Positions 1-9,831 of a stretch of 64,000 bases of DNA are shown in pieces (the stretch's first letter is position 1; each line of letters opens with the position of its first letter). Both the position numbers and the translations under genes were made by a program. Source of the DNA: Desulfomicrobium sp. (GTDB taxonomy: Bacteria; Desulfobacterota; Desulfovibrionia; Desulfovibrionales; Desulfomicrobiaceae); the NCBI GenBank assembly GCA_040768745.1, contig JAXGMI010000003.1, positions 96,001 through 160,000 of the forward strand. The letters run 5' to 3'. The notes under the pieces were generated by a model, which saw only the letters and a program-made list of their open reading frames with translations, made no database searches and was not told where the DNA came from.

Positions 1-198
1 GACGCCCTGCTGGCCACGGTGCAGATGCCTCCGGGCTTCCCGGTCGGCACCCTGGCCCTGGACAAGGTCGGGGCGCGCAACGCGGCCTGGCTGGCGGCCC
101 AGATCCTGGCCCTGCACGATGCCGAGCTGGCCGAACGGATCCGGGCCGAGCGCCGCAAGATGATCGAGCAGGTCGAGGCCGACGCGGCCTCGCTGTAA
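1..198 (+). CDS. purE: N5-carboxyaminoimidazole ribonucleotide mutase, C-terminal part (5' truncated by window edge)
   Basis: Frame 1 translates to DALLATVQMPPGFPVGTLALDKVGARNAAWLAAQILAL, the PurE C-terminal signature; TAA at 196-198. Confidence 0.9.
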   Translation, partial: DALLATVQMPPGFPVGTLALDKVGARNAAWLAAQILALHDAELAERIRAERRKMIEQVEADAASL

Positions 199-241
199 AA
201 TAGGGGCCGCGCCCGTCGGCCCGGCCCTCACTGCGACAAAT

Positions 242-282
242 GACACGACCCGCCGGATACTGCTCCGGCGGGTCGTCGTGTC
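242..282. terminator. GC-rich hairpin downstream of purE, possible terminator
   Basis: Inverted repeat GACACGACCCGCCGGA / TCCGGCGGGTCGTCGTGTC with a small bulge; no clear U-tract. Confidence 0.45.
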
Positions 283-589
283 TGGAGCCGGATTCCCGGC
301 CCCGTCCGCTCCCGTCTCGTTTCATGGTCACCATCCCGCCAGAATCCTTATGGAACACCCCGCAAGGTTCCTCTGCAAATTATCCTACAATTCAAAGCTC
401 TTGACACATCCGAAACTCTCAGGTTTATCGAGACAGCTGTAAACTTTTGAGCACCGGTGTGACACGTCTTTCGGAAAGGTGGAGGAACATGGTCCAAATT
501 TACGAAAGGCAAGGAATTGACTGTAGCCAGTCTGCTTCGTCCCCGATATCAGCAGCAAAGCGCTCCCCAAGAAACCCTGAGAGCTATAA

Positions 590-3500
590 ATGACTGAGCA
601 ACAAATCGAAGATGCCCTGATCGAAAAACTGGTCGATCTCAAATATTCGTACCGCCCGGACATCCGCGACCGCGCAACGCTTGAGCGGAATTTTCGCGAG
701 AAATTCGAAGGGCTCAACCGCGTCCGTCTCACGGATGCCGAGTTCGCCCGGCTGCTGGGCGAGATCATCACCCCGGATGTCTTCACCGCCGCCAAGACCC
801 TGCGCAACATCAACTCATTCTCCCGCGACGACGGCACGCCGCTGAACTACACCCTGGTCAACATCAAAGACTGGTGCAAAAACGACTTTGAAGTCAGCCA
901 TCAGCTGCGCATCAACACGGATTACGGACACCACCGCTACGATGTCATCCTGCTCGTGAACGGCGTGCCCTGTGTCCAGATCGAGCTGAAGACTTTAGGC
1001 GTCAATCCTCGCCGGGCCATGGAGCAGATCGTCGAATACAAGGGCGACCCCGGCAACGGCTACACCAAGACGCTGCTCTGCTTCATGCAGCTCTTCATCG
1101 TCAGCAACCGGGACCGGACCTACTACTTCGCCAACAACAACGCCCGCCACTTTGCCTTCAACGCCGACGAGCGCTTCCTGCCCGTCTATGAGTTCGCAGA
1201 CGAGGCCAACAAGAAGATCACCCACCTCGATGACTTCGCCGAAAGTTTTCTGAAAAAGTGCGACCTGGCCCGGACCATCAGCCGCTACATGGTGCTCGTC
1301 GTCAGCGAGCAGAAGCTCATGAGCATGCGACCCTATCAGGTTCTATGCCGTGCAGCATTTGGTGAAGTGCATCGACGAGGACAACGGCAACGGCTTCATC
1401 TGGCACACCACCGGCAGCGGCAAGACGCTGACCTCCTTCAAGGCCGCCACGCTCTTGAAAGAAAACGAGCACATCCACAAATGCGTCTTCGTCGTGGACC
1501 GCAAGGACCTCGACCGCCAGACCCGCGAGGAGTTCAACAAATTCCAGGAAGGCTGCGTCGAGGAAAACACCAACACCGCCGCCCTTGTCCGCCGCCTGCT
1601 GTCCGAGGACTACGCGGACAAGGTCATCGTTGCCACCATCCAGAAGCTCGGCCTCGCCCTGGATGAAAACAGCAAGCGCAACAGGCAGCGCAGCAAGAAC
1701 GGCCAGCCCACCTTCAAGGAGCAGCTCTCCACGCTCAAGCACAAACGCATCGCCTTCATCTTCGACGAGTGCCACCGCTCGCAGTTCGGGGACAACCACA
1801 AGGCGATCAAAGAGTTCTTCCCCAGGGCGCAGCTCTTCGGCTTCACCGGCACGCCCATTTTTGACGCCAACGCCTCATTGCAGAAGATCGAGGGCACCCA
1901 GGCCTCCATGCGCACCACGGCGGACCTCTTCCAGAAGCAGCTCCACGCCTACACCATCACCCACGCCATCGAGGACCAGAACGTCCTGCGCTTCCATATC
2001 GATTATTACAAGCCCGAGGGCAAAAACCCGCCCAGGCCCGGCGAGGCCCTGGCCAAGAAAGCCGTCATCGAGGCCATTCTCGGCAAGCACGATGCCGCCA
2101 CGGGCGGGCGCCGCTTCAATGCCATCCTTGCCACCGCGTCCATCAATGACGCCATCGAATACTTCGGGCTGTTGGCCGACATGCAAAAAAAGAGGAGTGA
2201 GGCCGATCCGGATTTCAAGCCGCTCAATATCGCCTGCGTCTTTTCCCCGCCCGCTCAGCTCGCCGAGAATGCGGAGGCCAAAAAGGACATCGAACAGCTT
2301 TCCGAAGACCTCCCGCAGGAGCAGGAAGACAACAAGATCGATCCGGAAGCCAAGAAGAAGGCCCTTGAGGCCATCATGGCCGATTACAATGCCCGCTACG
2401 GAACGAATCACGCCTTGAGCGAATTCGACCTCTACTATCAGGACGTGCAAAAGCGCATCAAAGACCAGCAATGGCCCAACGCCGACTATCCCGCCGCCCA
2501 GAAGATCGACATCACCATCGTGGTGGACATGCTGCTCACGGGCTTTGATTCCAAGTTCCTGAACACGCTCTACGTGGACAAGAACCTCAAACACCACGGC
2601 CTCATCCAGGCCTTCTCCCGCACCAACCGCGTGCTGAACAGCACCAAGCCCTACGGCAACATCCTCGATTTCCGCCAGCAGCGGGAGGCCGTGGATGCCG
2701 CCATCGCCCTCTTCTCCGGGGAAAAGACCGGCGAAGAGGCGCGGGAAATCTGGCTTGTGGACCAGGCCCCCGTGGTCATCAGGAAACTGGAGGCCGCCGT
2801 CCAGAAACTGGACGAGTTCATGAAATCCCAAGGGCTCGACTGCGCCCCGGAGGCTGTGCCCAATCTCAAGGGCGACGATGCCCGTGTCGCCTTTATCAAT
2901 CATTTCAAGGAAGTCCAGCGCCTCAAAACCCAGCTCGACCAGTACACCGATCTCTCTAACGACGACGCGGCCGCCGTTGAGCACATACTGCCCAAGGAAA
3001 ATCTGCTCGGCTTGCGTGGCGCGTATCTGGAGACGGCCCAGCGCCTTAAGGCCCAGCAGGGCAAAGGCCCTGACAAGACCAGCCCGGAAGTGGAGCAGGT
3101 GGATTTCGAGTTTGTCCTCTTTGCCACCACCCTCATTGATTACGACTACATCATGGGCCTCATTGCCCGCTTCTCCCAGCAGGCTCCGGGCAAGCAGAAG
3201 ATGAGCCGCGAACAGCTCGTCGGCCTTATCTGTTCCGATGCCAAGTTCATGAACGAGCGCGAAGACATCGCCGCCTACATCGCCACGCTGAAGGCGGGCG
3301 AAGGCCTGGACGAAAAAGCCATCCGCGACGGCTACGTGCGCTTCAAACACGAAAAAGACGCCCAGGAACTGGCGGCCATTGCCAGCAAGCACGGCCTGTC
3401 CCCGGAGTCGCTGCAGGGCTTCGTGAACAGCATCCTCGACCGCATGATCTTCGACGGCGAAAAGCTCAGCGACCTTTACGCCCCCTATGATCTGGGCTGG

Positions 3501-3608
3501 AAAGAGCGCGCCCACAAGGAGGCCGCCCTCATGGAAGACTGCGCCCCGTACCTCGTCAAGCGCGCCGGAGAGCGCGAAATTTCGGGGTTGAGTGCGTATG
3601 AGGAGTAA
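590..3608 (+). pseudogene. hsdR: Type I restriction endonuclease subunit R, split by a 1-bp insertion near 1341 (real lesion or sequencing error)
   Basis: ORF 590-1666 has the nuclease motif YD...VQIELK; ORF 1350-3608 has HTTGSGKT, DECH, FTGTP, LLTGFD and QAFSRTNR. Removing one T in CAGGTTCTATGCC restores RPYQVYAVQHLV. Confidence 0.9.
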
Positions 3609-4782
3609 GAAAACATCCATGGTTGCGCAGAATAAACCAGCACCGCCGGTTGTTTCCGGCGACTTTGATTCACTGGTATCTTCCATAGTCCACATCCATC
3701 AGCAATCACAGGCTTTCGCAAGCAAGGCGGTCAACGTCAGCCTCACCCTGCAAAACTGGCTCATCGGCCATCGCATCGTGGAGTTTGAGCAGCTGGGAAA
3801 AGACCGGGCAGCCTATGGAGAAAAATTGCTGCCCGTTTTGGCGAAACGACTATCCGCTGCCGGGCTTAAACGTGTGGATGTTCGCGAGTTGCGCCGCTTC
3901 AGGCTCTTTTATGGCGTTTATCCGCAAATTCGGGAGACAGTGACTCCCGAATTGTTGGATGGACTTGGCGCTGGAGTCTTGCAGCCTCTGGTTAACGCCT
4001 TACCTCTGCCAAAACGGGAGACACTGTCTCCCGAATCCGAGATTGTGGAATCACTGTCCCCACAATTGATCTATCGACTCTCCTTCTCCCACTTGGCCGA
4101 ATTGTTGGACCTCCCCGACGACACCCAGCGCCGCTTCTACGAGATCGAGTGTATCCGCGGAAACTGGTCCGTGCGCGAGCTGCGTCGCCAGATCGCCAGC
4201 CTCTACTATCAGCGCAGCGGCCTCTCCAAGGACAAAGCCAAGCTGTCCGCCATGGCCCACGCGGCAGCGGAGACGCTCCAGCCCGCCCACATCATCCGCG
4301 ATCCCTACGTCTTCGAGTTCCTCGGCCTGCGTTCCCGTGATGTCATGGCTGAATCCGACCTCGAAGATGCCTTGTTGGACCGTATTCAGGATTTCCTCCT
4401 TGAACTGGGCCACGGCTTCTGCTTCGAAGCCCGGCAAAAGCGCATTCTCATCGGCGACGAACATTTCTTCATCGATCTCGTCTTCTACCACCGCATCCTC
4501 AAATGCCACATCCTGGTGGAACTCAAGACCGATGCCTTCCGCCACGAGCACCTGGGCCAGCTCAACACCTACGTCGCTTATTACAAAAAGCACCAGATGA
4601 CCCCTGGCGATCAGCCGCCCATCGGCATCCTCCTTTGCACCCGCAAGAATGACGCCCTCGTCGAGTTCGCCCTCGGCGACTTGAGTAACCAGATCTTCGT
4701 CTCCCGCTATGCCGTCGAACTGCCCCGCAAAGAGGAGATGGAACGCTTCATCGCTCAAATCGGCCAGGAGGTGGGAGCGTGA
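3598..4782 (+). CDS. YhcG/DUF1016-family PD-(D/E)XK nuclease
   Basis: Motifs WSVRELRRQI, IRDPYVFEFL, FLLELGHGFCF, IDLVFYHRILKCHILVELK, GQLNTY, PIGILLC; overlaps hsdR stop and hsdS start. Confidence 0.9.
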   Translation: MRSKKTSMVAQNKPAPPVVSGDFDSLVSSIVHIHQQSQAFASKAVNVSLTLQNWLIGHRIVEFEQLGKDRAAYGEKLLPVLAKRLSAAGLKRVDVRELRRFRLFYGVYPQIRETVTPELLDGLGAGVLQPLVNALPLPKRETLSPESEIVESLSPQLIYRLSFSHLAELLDLPDDTQRRFYEIECIRGNWSVRELRRQIASLYYQRSGLSKDKAKLSAMAHAAAETLQPAHIIRDPYVFEFLGLRSRDVMAESDLEDALLDRIQDFLLELGHGFCFEARQKRILIGDEHFFIDLVFYHRILKCHILVELKTDAFRHEHLGQLNTYVAYYKKHQMTPGDQPPIGILLCTRKNDALVEFALGDLSNQIFVSRYAVELPRKEEMERFIAQIGQEVGA

Positions 4783-6065
4783 GCAGGAAGACGAAAACCA
4801 CCGCCACGAAGGAAGAGGCAAGGCCCGCGCTGGTGCCGAAGCTGCGGTTTCCGGAGTTTCGGGGGGCGGAGGGGTGGGAGCAGGTTCCGCTGGGCCAACT
4901 TGCTGATCGTGTCACAGCGAGAAATCTTGAGGGCGATTGCACCCGCGTGCTGACCAACTCGGCAGAACGCGGCGTTCTTGATCAACGCGACTACTTCGAG
5001 AAGGATATTGCGACTGCTGGAAACCTTGAAGGTTATTATGTCGTCAATCGAGGTGACTATGTCTATAATCCGAGAATTTCCAACGTCGCACCCGTCGGGC
5101 CGATTTCAAGGAACAATATCGGCCAAGGCGTGATGTCGCCGCTGTACACAGTCTTTCGATTCAAAAGCAAAAACACAGACTTCTACTCGCATTACTTCAA
5201 GACGACCTGCTGGCATTCCTATTTACGACAAGTCGCGAGCACGGGCGCGCGACATGACAGGATGAGTATCTCGATTGGCGATTTCGTGGCGATGCCGCTC
5301 CCGGTATTGTCCTCCGCCGAACAACAAAAAATCGCCGAGTGCCTGAGTTCGGTGGACGAGCTGATGGTCGCGCAAGCGCGGAAAGTGGACGCACTCAAGA
5401 CCCATAAAAAAGGCCTGATGCAGCAGCTTTTTCCCCGCGAAGGCGAAACTGAGCCCCGCCTCCGCTTCCCCGAATTCCAAAACGCCGGGGAGTGGGCGAA
5501 GGATTCAATGCAGGGTGTTTTTGTTTTTCGGCAAGGACTTCAGGTCGCTATTGAACATCAATTCATGGAGGATGGAGATGGTCGAGAGCGGTTTATTCGT
5601 ATCATTGACGTGACCCAAAACAATGAACCTCCAAGATATATAGCTGTTACAAATAATGCGTATACACTTTCAGTTAACGATCTGTTTATGATTCGCTACG
5701 GCACGCCCGGTGTCGTTTCAATAGGATATGAAGGTGTTATCGCTAATAATTTATTTCAATTGATTTTCAGAATCCAAGAAATTCATTCTCCGTTTTTCTG
5801 GTATTACTTTTTACAGACAAAATATGAAGAAATTTCCGGTCTCTCCGGATCGTCGTCCATGCCCGCCATTAGTTTTAAGACATTAAATAATATCGGAGTT
5901 GAGTACCCTTCTCTTCCCGAACAAAAACGCATTGCCTCGTGCCTGACCAGCCTCGACGCCCTGATCGCCGCCGAAACCCAAAAGCTCGACGCTCTCAAGA
6001 CCCACAAGAAAGGGCTGATGCAGCAGTTATTCCCCTCCGTTGGAGGGGTGGCAGGCGAAGCCTGA
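4779..6065 (+). CDS. hsdS: Type I R-M specificity subunit S
   Basis: Two-TRD architecture with repeated constant regions P(K/R)LRFPEF, EQ(Q/K)(K/R)IA.CL.S.D and KTHKKGLMQQLFP. Confidence 0.95.
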   Translation: MSRKTKTTATKEEARPALVPKLRFPEFRGAEGWEQVPLGQLADRVTARNLEGDCTRVLTNSAERGVLDQRDYFEKDIATAGNLEGYYVVNRGDYVYNPRISNVAPVGPISRNNIGQGVMSPLYTVFRFKSKNTDFYSHYFKTTCWHSYLRQVASTGARHDRMSISIGDFVAMPLPVLSSAEQQKIAECLSSVDELMVAQARKVDALKTHKKGLMQQLFPREGETEPRLRFPEFQNAGEWAKDSMQGVFVFRQGLQVAIEHQFMEDGDGRERFIRIIDVTQNNEPPRYIAVTNNAYTLSVNDLFMIRYGTPGVVSIGYEGVIANNLFQLIFRIQEIHSPFFWYYFLQTKYEEISGLSGSSSMPAISFKTLNNIGVEYPSLPEQKRIASCLTSLDALIAAETQKLDALKTHKKGLMQQLFPSVGGVAGEA

Positions 6066-6187
6066 CGGGGTGGTTAAATGGCACAACGAGACCTGAAAGC
6101 AACCACCCCGCCCCTGCGGGGCACCCCTCCAGAGGAGGGGAATTTAACTATCCCCCCCTGCGGCCTACCTCTCCAGAGGCGAGGAAT
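6029..6187. repeat. Three REP-like palindromic units: 6029-6075 (inverted), 6101-6143 and 6146-6187 (degenerate tandem copy)
   Basis: ATTCCCCTCC-GTT-GGAGGGGTG...CGGGGTGGTT is the reverse complement of AACCACCCCG...CACCCCTCC-AGA-GGAGGGGAAT; AACTATCCCCCCCTGCGGCCTACCTCTCCAGAGGCGAGGAAT is a degenerate direct copy of the latter. Confidence 0.8.
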
Positions 6188-6580
6188 GCTCGGCACACTA
6201 GAAACTATCTGTCATTGCCATTCAATCCTCACTTGAAAGAAAGGGCGAAGGTGTTGCGCCGGGCGGGTAATTTGTCCGAAGTGCTGCTTTGGAATCAGCT
6301 CAAAAAGGGGCAGTTCAAAGGGCTGGATTTCGACCGGCAAAAAATCATTGGTGATTACATCGTCGATTTTTATTGTGCCGAGAAAAACGCTGTCATTGAG
6401 GTGGATGGTAGCAGTCACGACGACAAAGCGGACTACGACGCGCAACGCGATGCTTTTTTGGCGGGCTTGGGTCTGCGTGTTATCCACATCCTAGATAAGG
6501 ATGTGAAGCAGGATGTGGCTGCTGTCATGGTCTTTTTGATGCGGCAACTTTTCCCGGCACCGGAGGGAGTGGAAGCTTGA
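6062..6580 (+). CDS. DUF559 (Vsr-like) endonuclease domain protein; true start unclear
   Basis: LKERAKVLRR...SEVLLWNQLK...FDRQKIIGDYIVDFYC...VIEVDGSSH...YDAQRDAFL.GLGLRVI; no in-frame ATG with an RBS seen after hsdS. Confidence 0.8.
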   Translation: MTGWLNGTTRPESNHPAPAGHPSRGGEFNYPPLRPTSPEARNARHTRNYLSLPFNPHLKERAKVLRRAGNLSEVLLWNQLKKGQFKGLDFDRQKIIGDYIVDFYCAEKNAVIEVDGSSHDDKADYDAQRDAFLAGLGLRVIHILDKDVKQDVAAVMVFLMRQLFPAPEGVEA

Positions 6581-6637
6581 CCGACCTGATTCTCTACACC
6601 ACCGTAAACTCAGTATAAGAGCGCAACAGAGGAAATC

Positions 6638-8167
6638 ATGACCGATACCAACCAAAAACAACTCGGCAACACCCTCTGGAGCATCGCCGACCAACTGCGC
6701 GGGGCCATGGATGCGGATGATTTTCGCGATTACATGCTGTCTTTTCTCTTCCTGCGCTACCTCTCCGACAACTACGAGACGGCGGCGAAGAAGGAACTGG
6801 GCCGGGATTACCCCGATGTGGGCGGGGATGCCCGCAAGGTGCCCTTGGCGCTGTGGTACGCCCTCAACGTGGACGACATCCCAGCGTTCGAGAAACAGAT
6901 GCGGCGCAAGGTGCATTACGTCATCCAGCCGCCGCACCTCTGGAACAGCATCGCCAACCTGGCCCGCACCCAGAACGCGGAGCTGCTGAACACGCTGCAA
7001 GCGGGCTTCAAATACATCGAGGAAGAATCCTTCGAGAGCACCTTTCAGGGCCTCTTTTCCGAGATCGACCTCGGTTCCCCCAAGCTGGGCAAGACCTACC
7101 CCGACCGCAACGCCAAGCTCTGCACCATCATCCAGAAGATCGCCGAAGGGCTGGCCGAGTTCTCGACCAGCATCGACGCCCTGGGCGACGCCTACGAATA
7201 CCTGATCGGCCAGTTCGCCGCCGGGTCCGGCAAGAAGGCGGGGGAGTTCTACACGCCGCAGCAGATTTCCGATATCCTGTCCGGCATTGTCACGCTGGAC
7301 AGCCAGGAACCGAGGACCGGGACCAGGAAACGACTGGAAAATGTGCTGGATTTCGCCTGCGGCTCAGGCTCGCTGCTGCTCAACGTCCGCAAGAAGGTGA
7401 GCACGGCGGGCGGCACCATCGGCAAGATCCTTGGCCAGGAGAAGAACATCACCACCTACAACCTGGCACGCATGAACATGCTGCTGCATGGGGTGAAGGA
7501 CGCGGAGTTCGAGATCTTCCACGGCGACACCCTGCTCAACGAGTGGGACATGATGCGCGAGCAGAACCCGGCCAAGAAGCCGAGCTTCGACGCCGTGGTC
7601 GCCAATCCGCCCTTCAGCTACCGCTGGACCCCGACCGACGCGTTGGCCGACGACGTGCGTTTCAAGAGCCACGGTTTGGCCCCCAAGTCCGCCGCCGACT
7701 TTGCCTTTTTGCTGCACGGCTTCCACTACCTCAGAGACGAAGGGGTCATGGCCATCATCCTGCCCCACGGCGTGCTCTTCCGTGGCGGTGCCGAGGAACG
7801 CATCCGCACCAAGCTTTTAAAAGACGGTCACATCGACACCGTCATCGGCCTGCCCGCCAATCTCTTTTACTCCACGGGCATCCCGGTCTGCATCCTCGTG
7901 CTCAAGAAATGCAAAAAGCCGGGCGACGTGCTCTTCATCAACGCCGCCGAGCATTTTGTGAAGGGCAAGCGCCAGAACCAGCTCGCACCCGAGCACATCG
8001 CCAAGATCATAAAGACCTACCAGCACCGCACCGAGGAAACCCGCTACTCCCGCCGCGTGGAGATGTCCGAGATTGAGAAAAACGACTTCAACCTGAACAT
8101 CTCGCGCTACATCAGCACCGCCCAGGCCGAAGAGGAAATTGACCTGACTGCGGTCAGTGAGGAAATG
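6638..8167 (+). pseudogene. hsdM: Type I R-M methyltransferase subunit M, main part; interrupted by IS66 27 codons before its stop
   Basis: GEFYTP, DFACGSG (SAM motif I), NPPF (m6A motif IV), LPHGVLFRG, FNLNISRYI; the ORF reads 16 codons into the IS end (stop at 8218). Confidence 0.93.
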
Positions 8168-8230
8168 GTAAGCGCTCAGACATCCGCATTTTCCACGGGC
8201 GTCCCTGACCTGCGATAGAAGCAGGAGTCT

Positions 8231-9784
8231 TTACTTTTTGCGAGGCTTGGGCTTGGGAAGGCTTGGGAGAAGGGATTTGTCCACGTGCTGCGGCATGAGC
8301 GCCCGCATGTCTTCCGTGGTCCGTGCTGCGGGGAAGCGTTCGAAGAGGAATTTCAGGTAGGCTTGGGGCTCGATCTCGTTGGCCTTGGCGGTTTCCACCA
8401 GGGAAAAGAGCATGGCGCTGGCGTCAGCGCCCTTGGGGACTCCGGCAAAGAGCCAGTTCTTCCGGCCCAGGGCCACGGGGCGGATGGCGTTCTCGGCCGT
8501 GTTGTTGTCGGGCGTGAGCAATCCGCAGTCCACGTAGCGCACGGCCCGGCTCCACTGGTTGCGGGCGTAGGTCATGGCCTGTCCGAGCAGGCTTTTGGGC
8601 GGGACGTGGTCGATGCGCTCGTCGAGGATGGCCCGTATTGCGTTGAGGATGGGAACTGCTTGCTCCAAGCGCATTGGTACCTTTTCCTCCGGCTCCAGTT
8701 CTTTGATATTGTGCTCGACCTTGTAGAGCAGACCGATGAGATCCAGGATTTCCTTGGCCGTCCCGTGCGTGATCTTCTTTGAGGTCGCTTTCTGGACGTC
8801 CATGAACTTACGACGGATGTGGGCCATGCAACCGACATGGATGATGCCGTCCGATTCGCCGAGAGCCTGGTACCCGGAGTAGCCGTCGGTCTGGATGTAG
8901 CCCTTGTACTCGCCCAGATACTCCTTGGGGACAGAGCCCGACCTGGTCGGGTCGTAGCAATAGACCACGGTCGGCCGATCTGGATTGCCGCCACGGAAGA
9001 GCCACAGATACGATGTGGAAGTATCGGATCGCCCTGGTTCGTTGAGTACTTGCAGTGTGGTTTCGTCCATGTTGATGACCGGGCCGGAGCGGATTTCCGC
9101 CTGGAACAGTTCATGGAGCGGCTCCAGCGCCTTGGCCACGGCCATGGCCCATCCGGACATGGAATGACGCGGGATGTCCACGCCCAAGCGGGCAAACTGC
9201 TTGGTCTGGCGGTAGAACGGCATGGCATCGACGAACTTGGCGGTAATGACCTGGGCCAAGAGGCTCGGCGTGGCGATGCCCTTGGGGATGATCTGCGGCG
9301 GCATGGGTGCGATACGCACCACCGGCATACCCTCCTCTCCGTCGCAGGCCGGACAGGCGTACTTCGGGCGGATATGGCGTTCTACCCGCATGACGGCCGG
9401 GACGTAATCGAGCTTTTCGGAGACTTCTTCGCCGATGCGCTTCAGGCAGGCTCCGCAAGAGCAGAGTTTCTGGTCTTCGGGCAGATCGTGAACGACTTCG
9501 ATGCGCGGCAGGTGATCCGGCAGAGGCTTGCGTCCCCGCTTGGCTCTGGTGTGGGCCGGGACTTCGACGACGGGCATTTCCGCAGGCTTCGCCTCTGCGA
9601 TCCTAACCAAGGGCAGAGGTAGGATGCCTTGGTAGAGGTCTTTGGATTTCTCGGACTTGGGAGCATACAGGGCGGCCTGCAACAGGGCCACGCGATCCTG
9701 GAGATGGCGGTTTTGCTGGTAGTAATCCCAGACCAGATGCTTGAGTTGCCCGATGTCATCGGGAAGGTTCTCGATGTCTCCCAT
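8231..9784 (-). CDS. tnpC: IS66 DDE transposase TnpC
   Basis: CSCG/CPAC zinc finger, MDETTL, QTDGYSGY, CMAHIRRKF, DNNTAENAIR, GRKNWLF; ATG 9784 preferred over GTG 9832. Confidence 0.95.
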   Translation of the reverse strand: MGDIENLPDDIGQLKHLVWDYYQQNRHLQDRVALLQAALYAPKSEKSKDLYQGILPLPLVRIAEAKPAEMPVVEVPAHTRAKRGRKPLPDHLPRIEVVHDLPEDQKLCSCGACLKRIGEEVSEKLDYVPAVMRVERHIRPKYACPACDGEEGMPVVRIAPMPPQIIPKGIATPSLLAQVITAKFVDAMPFYRQTKQFARLGVDIPRHSMSGWAMAVAKALEPLHELFQAEIRSGPVINMDETTLQVLNEPGRSDTSTSYLWLFRGGNPDRPTVVYCYDPTRSGSVPKEYLGEYKGYIQTDGYSGYQALGESDGIIHVGCMAHIRRKFMDVQKATSKKITHGTAKEILDLIGLLYKVEHNIKELEPEEKVPMRLEQAVPILNAIRAILDERIDHVPPKSLLGQAMTYARNQWSRAVRYVDCGLLTPDNNTAENAIRPVALGRKNWLFAGVPKGADASAMLFSLVETAKANEIEPQAYLKFLFERFPAARTTEDMRALMPQHVDKSLLPSLPKPKPRKK

Positions 9785-9831
9785 GCAAGAATATTTAGCA
9801 ATAATATCTTGAAATAGCAAGATATTTGTCA

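Noticed and set aside
1875..3695. 606-aa minus-strand ORF opposite hsdR, and similar long antisense ORFs (26641-28149, 34626-37079, 39607-41319, 42851-44638, 57398-59383)
   Set aside because: Shadow ORFs of GC-rich genes; the opposite strand carries clear family motifs and these have none
4779..6580. Phase-variable hsdS shufflon
   Set aside because: Only one hsdS, no inverted silent TRDs and no recombinase in the window
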